Part shown: positions 18,489 through 25,526 of the stretch, in pieces | Numbering within the stretch: position 1 is the first letter of the stretch | Layout of the letters: the number at the start of each line of letters is the position of its first letter | NCBI GenBank assembly: GCA_963835675.1 | Contig: CAWIGH010000005.1 | Coordinates: 271,874-335,873 of the forward strand | From: an uncultured Flavobacteriaceae bacterium | GTDB taxonomy: Bacteria; Bacteroidota; Bacteroidia; Flavobacteriales; Flavobacteriaceae | Direction: 5' to 3' | DNA length: 64,000 nt | Position numbers and translations under genes: made by a program | Notes under the pieces: generated by a model | Databases searched by the model: none | What the model saw: only the letters and a program-made list of their open reading frames with translations | What the model was told of the DNA's origin: nothing

Positions 18489-19538
18489 TTATTTATTAAG
18501 TTTAATAAATTCATATGTTTTCTCACTTAAGTTTAGAATGACGTGATAACTTCCTGATTTAACCTTAATATTGTCGCCATAGAAATAGGTGTTACCAAAA
18601 GGAAATTCATCTCCTCCCCAATTAAAATTCCAATTTTCACCTTCTCTGAATTTAAGCGAACCGTCGGATAAAATGATATCTCCCTCCCAGATTGCCTTTG
18701 ATTCATTAGTTAATGTAAGAGGAAAGTTTTTGGTCCAGTTATTATGTTGAGTTGCATCTCCTACAAGCCCAATATTTGAATAAAGTAATTTAACCTTTGG
18801 ATAATAGTCTTGAATCAAGCGTTTATTAGTATTTGTTAAGTTGATGATATTATCTATGAAAATCAAACTCGTAAATTTTATACTTCTTGATGATTTTAGA
18901 GCGTTTTGAAACGTAGAACTCTCAAGTAGTTTGAGGGTACGTTTGATATCGCTATCATCAAAAAAGGTAGAATCCATATTTTGATAATCATTTAATGCAG
19001 AATAACCAAAAGTAATGCTTGGATAGGGTAAATTCAATTCATCTAAAAATGATGTGATATCTTTCCTACTGCCATTATAACCTTCCTTAATCGCTTTACC
19101 GTATGAAGAAAGGCTCTTGTTTAAATTACTCTGCTTTTGATTTTTAGGGTTGAATTTAAGGTAACCCAAAAGATATGAAATTTCAGAGTTTAAATCAGAA
19201 GGTTCTAAATCCAAGTAAAACAATAAATGCGGTAGCAATTTATTATTTATGCCTTCAGGATTCTGAACTATGTTATCTATAATTTCTATCTGTTTTGATA
19301 CTTGACGTCTAATTAGAGTAAGATTTTCTGAATCTTGGTCTATGACAGTATACATTTGTTGTAAAACAGCCTTAAATTCATCATTGGTTTTCCTTGATTC
19401 GTTCCAGTTGTTTAATTGTAGGGCAATCAAAATTCCGATTACTACAAGAAAAATTTCGCCTAAAGCATATTTAAAATACTTTCCAGTTTTGTTTTCCATG
19501 AGCAAGTTTTGGCGAATTTTTCTAAAGAATTTTATCAT
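18489..19538 (-). CDS. DUF6090-type membrane-anchored protein with C-terminal SusE/SusF-like beta domain (C6)
   Basis: MIKFFRKIRQ...KYALGEIFLVVIGILIALQLNNWN; C-terminal LKFREGENWNFNWG...SGSYHVILN. Confidence 0.75.
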   Translation of the reverse strand: MIKFFRKIRQNLLMENKTGKYFKYALGEIFLVVIGILIALQLNNWNESRKTNDEFKAVLQQMYTVIDQDSENLTLIRRQVSKQIEIIDNIVQNPEGINNKLLPHLLFYLDLEPSDLNSEISYLLGYLKFNPKNQKQSNLNKSLSSYGKAIKEGYNGSRKDITSFLDELNLPYPSITFGYSALNDYQNMDSTFFDDSDIKRTLKLLESSTFQNALKSSRSIKFTSLIFIDNIINLTNTNKRLIQDYYPKVKLLYSNIGLVGDATQHNNWTKNFPLTLTNESKAIWEGDIILSDGSLKFREGENWNFNWGGDEFPFGNTYFYGDNIKVKSGSYHVILNLSEKTYEFIKLNK

Positions 19539-19562
19539 TGGTTAGCGGTTTCTGATAATGAA

Positions 19563-19757
19563 GCACAACGGTTTAGCTATGAACAGTACGGGAGCAAACT
19601 AGCGTTTGCTTTCCGCCACGCACATAGCGAAATCTTTTTGTTTTGTTTTTTCTTTTTTTGTTTAAAGCAAAATCCCAAAGATTTTGCGGACTTCATAAAA
19701 ATACGCAAACCCTACGAATAAGCCCGAAACCCGTATTGTTTATAGGTTGTGTTATAT
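19563..19757 (-). repeat. attC-like site S11 (195 bp)
   Basis: GCACAAC...TATGAACAGTACGGG ... CCCGTATTGTTTATA-ggttgt-GTTATAT. Confidence 0.85.
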
Positions 19758-19769
19758 GGCGTTATTATT

Positions 19770-20387
19770 TTATTTCAAAAACGGTATTGCAGGTAAATAC
19801 CAACTTTGTTTTCCCTTTTTTATCCTTATATAATTTTTAAATATTAATATAAGATTATATAAATAAAGAATTCCTGTAAGAACAACATAGATTATTTCTT
19901 TATCCATTCTAAAATTGATTAAGGATAATACTATATCAAAAAGGTTAAAATCAAATTTAATATATGAACCTTTTGTTGCTACCATAAAAATGGAATATAT
20001 CAACAAAGTCCAAGTAATCTGAAAACTGATTATTTTTTTTCCATAATTGTCTACAAATTTTATTTTGTCTTTTTTCAAAATCCACATTACTAATGGGATT
20101 ATTATTCCTAATAATGGATTAAATAATAGACCTGTTAAGGCACTTAAGTTCAAAAGAGTCAGATATCCTTTATCTTCAATATCTGTCCATTCTAAAAGGT
20201 CGTCTGGAGTTACTCCAAGAGCTTGTGTTAATTTTATCAACGTATCGCCTCTCGGGATTGATTCGCCTTTTTCAATTCGTTGAACTGTTCTTAGGCTTAA
20301 TTTTGATTCTTCCGATAATTGCTCTTGAGAAAATCCTTTTCGGCTTCGTAAGTCTTTAATTTTAATTGCTAAGTTTTGATTATTCAT
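19770..20387 (-). CDS. XRE-family HTH regulator fused to a DUF4870-like membrane domain (C5)
   Basis: IKDLRSRKGFSQEQLSEESKLSLRTVQRIEKG; LGIIIPLVMW...GKKIISFQITW. Confidence 0.85.
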   Translation of the reverse strand: MNNQNLAIKIKDLRSRKGFSQEQLSEESKLSLRTVQRIEKGESIPRGDTLIKLTQALGVTPDDLLEWTDIEDKGYLTLLNLSALTGLLFNPLLGIIIPLVMWILKKDKIKFVDNYGKKIISFQITWTLLIYSIFMVATKGSYIKFDFNLFDIVLSLINFRMDKEIIYVVLTGILYLYNLILIFKNYIRIKKGKQSWYLPAIPFLK

Positions 20388-20413
20388 TTTGGACTATTTT
20401 AATGATTACTCAG

Positions 20414-20472
20414 CAAAGATATTTTTATGTTGTTCTAGTTGTTGCGTCATTATTATGTCAATCTTATGACAT
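20414..20472 (-). promoter_or_regulatory. Cassette-internal promoter and palindromic operator
   Basis: Perfect Bacteroidota -7 box TATCTTTG (minus, 20414-20421); ATGTCA-n6-TGACAT palindrome at 20455-20472. Confidence 0.65.
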
Positions 20473-20497
20473 TTCTGCCAGTGTTCGGCTTAAATGC

Positions 20498-20630
20498 AAA
20501 TAACGGTCTCGTATAACCGTCAGTTACGGGATTAAAGTTAATAATTTTCGTTTTGGCACTGACCTTAGTAATTCCGAGTGGATTCGGACGTAGTCGAATC
20601 CGCCGTAATTGCGGTTATACATTGTTGGCA
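20498..20630 (-). repeat. attC-like site S12 (133 bp)
   Basis: AAATAAC-ggtctc-GTATAACCG ... CGGTTATAC-att-GTTGGCA. Confidence 0.87.
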
Positions 20631-20670
20631 ACAGGCTTTTTATCATTTCTATAATTAGAGTTTTCAACTT

Positions 20671-21339
20671 TTAATCATTATTTGGTCTTTCAGGAATGTA
20701 AACAAGATCAATTTCGATATCATTTCCATATTTAACAATCATAGAACATAGGACAGAGACACTTTTTCCATTGTTAATAGCGGGCTTCATTATCGGCATT
20801 TTTCTAAGCACTCTCAAAATTTCAGCTTGAATGGTTACTTCCGCATCTCTGACTTTCATGCCGGTTAAATTTCCGTTTTCAGTGATTATAAAAAAGGCTT
20901 CAACCTTTTTTGGTTCTGAAAGATTTAATTCTTTCAATAAACTCAAGTTAAATTCACGCTTTACAAATGCCGCTACTTTTTCATTGAAACATTCTCTTGT
21001 TTGTTCTATTGAGAGTTCCTCACAACCATTATATACTGGGGCAATTTCTACATCTTTTAATATCATACTATTGTCAGTAGTATAATTAGCTAAACCGTCA
21101 TCGTGAGATACAATGCTACATAAACTTAATAAAGCCTGTTCCTCTATTTCTGTCATATTTCCTTGTGCCATCACTTGTTCCTGAACAGCATTTATTTTCG
21201 TTATTAAATCACTTTCTGTGTTTTTTACCGAGTTGGATTCTTCCTTACAAGAAAAGCATAATAGAACAATAAAAATGGTTGAAACGACCATTAAATTTTG
21301 TGATTTAAATTTTGTTTTACGATTAAATTTGTATTTCAT
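20671..21339 (-). CDS. Lipoprotein with a TonB C-terminal-like domain (C4)
   Basis: Lipobox CFSC; APVYNGCE, FIITENGNL, LRVLRKMPIMKPAINNGKSV. Confidence 0.7.
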   Translation of the reverse strand: MKYKFNRKTKFKSQNLMVVSTIFIVLLCFSCKEESNSVKNTESDLITKINAVQEQVMAQGNMTEIEEQALLSLCSIVSHDDGLANYTTDNSMILKDVEIAPVYNGCEELSIEQTRECFNEKVAAFVKREFNLSLLKELNLSEPKKVEAFFIITENGNLTGMKVRDAEVTIQAEILRVLRKMPIMKPAINNGKSVSVLCSMIVKYGNDIEIDLVYIPERPNND

Positions 21340-21362
21340 AATTTTTTGGTTTTTCAGCTTGT

Positions 21363-21493
21363 TGACAACGGTTTTGTGTATGAGCAGTAGCAGATTTAAG
21401 CAACTACTTTTCGGGATACAAGATAATTTAATTTAATGAAATAGCGGTTCAGGTTGACACCCAAACCGCTATTGCTTATACACGTTGTTTTGC
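21363..21493 (-). repeat. attC-like site S13 (131 bp)
   Basis: TGACAAC-8nt-GTATGAGCAGTAGC ... GCTATTGCTTATAC-5nt-GTTTTGC. Confidence 0.87.
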
Positions 21494-21532
21494 AACGTTT
21501 TTTATAAATTCTTTCTACTTATTTTTATTAAA

Positions 21533-22300
21533 TTAATCTTTATTAAAAGTTACTTTACCTGTTTCCATATCATAAAGAGCAGATATAATCATAATTTCTC
21601 CATTATCTTCCATCTTTGCCATTGTTGGTGATTGCTCTCTTATATTTTTTACAGTACGCATCGCATTGTTGTTGATAACAAGGTCTGTAAATTCAGCATT
21701 TTTGGTAGAGCGCTCACCATCGAATTCAGTTTCATTTACAGCTGGTTGTATTTCATCGATTAGGTCTGCAAGAGAGTTCATACCTAATGCTTTAGCATCA
21801 ACTTCATCAATAGTAGATTTGACTGCACCACAGGCCGTATGTCCCATTACAATGACTACTTTAGAACCAGCTACAGCAGTAGCAAATTCCATTGAGCCAA
21901 CGATATCAGCATTTTCAATATTACCTGCGACACGTGCTACGAAAATATCACCTATGCCTAAATCAAATACATCTTCTACAGGTACACGACTATCTACGCA
22001 CGAAAGAACAATAGCTTTAGGGTATTGGCCTATCATCGCTTTTCTACGTTGTGCTGAATGGTCGCGTTGGGTTAGATTATTATTTATAAAATTCTCATTA
22101 CCCTTTTTTAAACGCCCAATGATTTCTTGAGGTGTCATTTCAGCTTGTTCTTCAGCTGTTAATATACTCTCAACAACCTTTTCTTCAACAAGTTCTGTTT
22201 GTGAATTTTGTGCTGTTGGTTCTTGTTTTTTTGTTTCCTGACAAGATGTTAAAAATAATAGTGTCAAGAAAGTGGTCAATGGTAAAAATAGTTTTCTCAT
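21533..22300 (-). CDS. Beta-class carbonic anhydrase, lipoprotein (C3, gene 2)
   Basis: Lipobox LTSC; SCVDSRVP, RVAGN, GHTACGAV. Confidence 0.93.
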   Translation of the reverse strand: MRKLFLPLTTFLTLLFLTSCQETKKQEPTAQNSQTELVEEKVVESILTAEEQAEMTPQEIIGRLKKGNENFINNNLTQRDHSAQRRKAMIGQYPKAIVLSCVDSRVPVEDVFDLGIGDIFVARVAGNIENADIVGSMEFATAVAGSKVVIVMGHTACGAVKSTIDEVDAKALGMNSLADLIDEIQPAVNETEFDGERSTKNAEFTDLVINNNAMRTVKNIREQSPTMAKMEDNGEIMIISALYDMETGKVTFNKD

Positions 22301-22324
22301 ATGTTTATAGTTTAAAGTGAAAAT

Positions 22325-23023
22325 TTATAGTGTGTGGTGTAGGCTAAATTGTAATTGTCCTTTTTGCCAATTAGTGGTGGTCTGCTCCATCCATCCGAAT
22401 TGTAATCTCAAATTGTTCTTTAATGCATAACCAATACCTAAATAGGTTCTGTTTCGGTCAAAAAACTCAACATTACGCCCATTACCAATATTACGCTCTC
22501 CATTAATAAATAACTCATTATAAAATGCGAAATATGGCGTGCCTTTAGCTAAGGTTGTTCCTTTGAATGGAACATTTACGAAGAGGTTGTAACGATAGCG
22601 TGTTCTAAAATCTTGATTTTCCACCCATCTTTGTTCATAACGAAACCTATGTGTTAATAAAAGTCTTTTAAGAATTGTATTTGAGAACAAGGCTTCTTGA
22701 TATATACGATTTTCAGAAACAGGATTATCTATATCAGCACCGAACTGTCCTGTTGTAATATTGGCAAAACCAAGCGTGAATTTAACTCCTGAATCTGATG
22801 GTTTATATGTTAAACCAGACCGTAACAGTAACTGTTCCCTATCTCCGAGTCCTCGCCAATCACGGTATTGAAAATCTCCCTGAACTCCCCAATTAGATTC
22901 TTTGAAAGTTGTATTATAAAAATACATATACCAAGCCCCTAATTGATTGTTATCTGGTTCTTGGGCATTAACTTGTAATAAAGTTAGCAAACTGATAGTG
23001 AAAGGTAAAAGGATTCTTTTCAT
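22325..23023 (-). CDS. DUF2490-family outer-membrane beta-barrel (C3, gene 1)
   Basis: GAWYMYF, QLLLRSG, HRFRYEQRW, FDRNRTYLGIGY. Confidence 0.85.
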   Translation of the reverse strand: MKRILLPFTISLLTLLQVNAQEPDNNQLGAWYMYFYNTTFKESNWGVQGDFQYRDWRGLGDREQLLLRSGLTYKPSDSGVKFTLGFANITTGQFGADIDNPVSENRIYQEALFSNTILKRLLLTHRFRYEQRWVENQDFRTRYRYNLFVNVPFKGTTLAKGTPYFAFYNELFINGERNIGNGRNVEFFDRNRTYLGIGYALKNNLRLQFGWMEQTTTNWQKGQLQFSLHHTL

Positions 23024-23103
23024 ATTGTTTAATGTTATTTGATAAAATTAAAACAAAAACAATACCGTAATTATATTGAGAACCGCATTTTAATAAAAAA
23101 TTA

Positions 23104-23137
23104 ACAGTATTACTTGTTGTGTTAATAGTGTTACTTT
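23104..23137 (-). promoter_or_regulatory. Two operator-like copies resembling the TetR palindrome at 26922-26934
   Basis: ACAGTATTACTTG (10/13) at 23104 and ATAGTGTTACTTT (11/13) at 23125 versus ATAGTATTACTAT. Confidence 0.5.
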
Positions 23138-23162
23138 CAATAAAGATGATTCACGAAATCTT

Positions 23163-23314
23163 GCACAACGTTTCTGTATATGATTTGTGCGGCTTAAAAT
23201 CCGTCCCGCCACGCCTTGGCGTGGGAGGATTTTCAGCTATTCAAATCAGATATTAAATATAATAGTTTTTAAATGATGTAGGAATGCAAGCATGAATTAT
23301 ATACGTTGTTGGCA
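23163..23314 (-). repeat. attC-like site S14 (152 bp) with a REP-like insert at 23205-23225
   Basis: GCACAAC-6nt-GTATATGATTTGTGC ... GCATGAATTATATAC-3nt-GTTGGCA. Confidence 0.87.
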
Positions 23315-23322
23315 GCAGTTAT

Positions 23323-24256
23323 TTATTTATCTGTTCCAAATTCAAGTTGTCGCTCGTATTCTTTATTCATCAAAATAGCCTTTTGATTCTTGGATTAATC
23401 CATCCTCATTTATAGTCCATTCCTCAAATCCGCTAATGTTTACTTTATTTCCAGTTCCATTGGTTCCGTTATTTGTTCCAGTCAAGTGTCCAATAGAATC
23501 GTGTTTTGTCCGATTTAGTAATTAGACTATCCATTGAAACAATCATATCCGGAAAAGCATCCATAAATCCTTTAGCAACATTTGTTATTGCTTCAGTACC
23601 TTTTGCTGGTTCCCCATCATTTATCTGTAGAACGCCATCTTCAGCGAAAAAGGAGGAGACAAAATTTGGTCTTTGACTGCACCACACTTGTGCGTAACTC
23701 TTGGCAAAAACCTCCAAATCAAATTTTTTCAACTCTTCTGGTAAGGGTGTATTTGTGAATGAGATGTTAATGAATTTCCATTCACCATCTTCCTTGATTA
23801 GGGTGAAATTGTCGATGTTATTTGTCCGTGGAACACCATATGAATGTAGGGTAGCATCAGCCCAAACAAAAGCGATTTGTCCTTTATTTATAAGGATTTT
23901 GTATTCATTCACAGGTTCATAAAAGGGCTTCCGTTCTCGGTTTTTTTGTGATTCAAAATATTCGCCAATTGTGATGACGGAATTTTTCGAGACTCCATCT
24001 CGAACTATTGCACTTCCCAAGTTTGCCTTGTCTGAAATTATGGAATCCAAAGTCTGAAAGTCAGAATTACCTACAGCAAACAAGAGCTTTTCTACAAGGG
24101 CTATTAATTCTTGTTCCTCCGCATTCCAAGTATTTTCTTTTTGTGCTTCAACAACCTTTTCAGTCTATTTAGTTTTATTTGATTGGACTGACAACTAAAA
24201 AATAAGCTAGAAACAACTACAAGAGATAATATTACAATACTCAATGTTTTTTTCAT
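23323..24256 (-). CDS. Tandem NTF2/SnoaL-like lipoprotein, broken by at least three indels (C2)
   Basis: MKKTLSIVILSLVVVSSLFFSC; core ORF 23469-24083; C-terminus ...TGTNNGTNGTGNKVNISGFEEW...EYERQLEFGTDK* recovered in shifted frames. Confidence 0.72.
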
Positions 24257-24275
24257 AATTGGATTTTTTAATTGC

Positions 24276-24409
24276 TGCCAACGGTTTTGTATAAGAATAA
24301 TTGCGTGTGCAAGCCACTAACTTACTAAAAATGGAACGAACCAGAGGAAAATCCGTAGGATTTTCCGAGAAGGTAAGAAGCAAGCAATTATTTTTACACG
24401 GTGTTGGCA
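24276..24409 (-). repeat. attC-like site S15 (134 bp)
   Basis: TGCCAAC-6nt-GTATAAGAATAATTGC ... GCAATTATTTTTACAC-3nt-GTTGGCA. Confidence 0.87.
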
Positions 24410-24417
24410 CAAGTATT

Positions 24418-25242
24418 TTATAATTCATATTTCCATTTTTGAGTTTCATTGTCGAAAGCTATACTAAATCCTCTCATAGAATTGACAGGTATGTTCGTTT
24501 CTTTGTGCCTTTTTATTTCCCATTTTGAAATTTTACTAACCAGTTCTATTGCATCTTTTTGAAATTCGGTCAGAGGTTTTTTAATTGAAACCTCAAATTT
24601 GATTGGAAGATTAAAATTAGAATCTATTTCGGTTTTATATCCTCTATTGGTTGTAACAGAGATTAATTTTCCATTTTTGTCAATAAGCAGTTTTAAAAAA
24701 GAATGAGGATTTTCATAGTTCTTTTTTTTACCAAGTTTTAAAATTGAATCTACATTTGTAATTGGGTTTGGATAATTAAAGTCGTTCTCTAAAAAATAAA
24801 TATAATTTTCAATTTTAAAAGAATTCCCATTGTCAAATACTCTTTGTTCTTTTTCTGATATATTTCTTTTATCAGTTGGTTTAGAATTTGAGCAAAAATA
24901 TCCAAAAGTCAGTTTGTTGTTTCTGCGTTTAGCATAGACAAGCCAATTTTCGCCAATTTCCACATTCCAATCACATGAAGTCCAAATTCCAGTATAATCT
25001 CCTTCAGAATTTAAAGTAAATTCCAATGTTGTAGGTTCGTTGCTTTTTTTATAATGTTTTAAAATATCAAAGGTAATTTTGTAAGTAAGAGAATCAGATG
25101 AATATACTTTAGAAACAGCTTTTCCTTCAAAGACATATTCAGCTGAAAAAAATTCAAGTGCAGGTTTTGGAACATCACAAACACAAGAAAATGCTCTTGT
25201 GAAAACTAGTGTTAAAATTAATGTAGCAATGATTTTTTTCAT
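24418..25242 (-). CDS. Secreted hypothetical protein with a Cys-containing NTR/TIMP-like N-terminus (C1, first cassette)
   Basis: Signal peptide then SCVCDVP...AEYVFEGKA...WTSCDW...YFCSNS. Confidence 0.72.
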   Translation of the reverse strand: MKKIIATLILTLVFTRAFSCVCDVPKPALEFFSAEYVFEGKAVSKVYSSDSLTYKITFDILKHYKKSNEPTTLEFTLNSEGDYTGIWTSCDWNVEIGENWLVYAKRRNNKLTFGYFCSNSKPTDKRNISEKEQRVFDNGNSFKIENYIYFLENDFNYPNPITNVDSILKLGKKKNYENPHSFLKLLIDKNGKLISVTTNRGYKTEIDSNFNLPIKFEVSIKKPLTEFQKDAIELVSKISKWEIKRHKETNIPVNSMRGFSIAFDNETQKWKYEL

Positions 25243-25247
25243 ATTTG

Positions 25248-25323
25248 TGCCAACTCGTTATATGTGGAACTAATATACACATTATCCCTATTTTTTTCCG
25301 GATAAGAGGAAATTTTGTTATCC
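25248..25323 (-). other. attI-like head site of the array
   Basis: Lone core (minus strand CATATAACGA-GTTGGCA) with no partner inverted arm upstream; TTATCC/GGATAA hexamers at 25282, 25300 and 25318. Confidence 0.6.
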
Positions 25324-25472
25324 TTTTTGGGAATTAAATATTGCTATTACTAAAACGGTTACTCATGAACCATTTTACCTTTGGTTTGGCTCAACAACCG
25401 GCCTAAGCGAAAGCCTATTTCGGACAAGTAGGTGAGTGGTGTGTTTATATTTATAAATCAATGCCTTAAAAC

Positions 25473-25498
25473 AAAAAGGAGCGCTCAAAAAGCGCTCC
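25473..25498 (-). terminator. Intrinsic terminator of the porin gene
   Basis: GGAGCGCT-5nt-AGCGCTCC followed by a T5 tract on the minus strand. Confidence 0.8.
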
Positions 25499-25526
25499 CC
25501 AATTAAAAGTTATTAAACAGATCTGT

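Larger units (their letters stand above)
4890..25290 (-). mobile_element. Integron-like gene-cassette array: 16 units, 14 attC-like sites with both cores plus 2 partial ones, an attI-like head, no integrase in the window
   Basis: Co-oriented unrelated genes, each followed by an inverted-repeat site with AAC/GTT cores; start and end cores of each unit are complementary (see findings). Confidence 0.85.

Noticed and set aside
4890-25290. Reading the repeated intergenic elements as a CRISPR array or as MITEs
   Set aside because: The repeats are divergent inverted-repeat structures separated by whole genes and no cas genes are present. There are no target-site duplications, and complementarity follows cassette boundaries rather than element ends.
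25260-25470. Possible integrase remnant upstream of the attI-like site
   Set aside because: No ORF or recognisable tyrosine-recombinase motif (R...HxxR...Y) found on reading this 200-bp interval.
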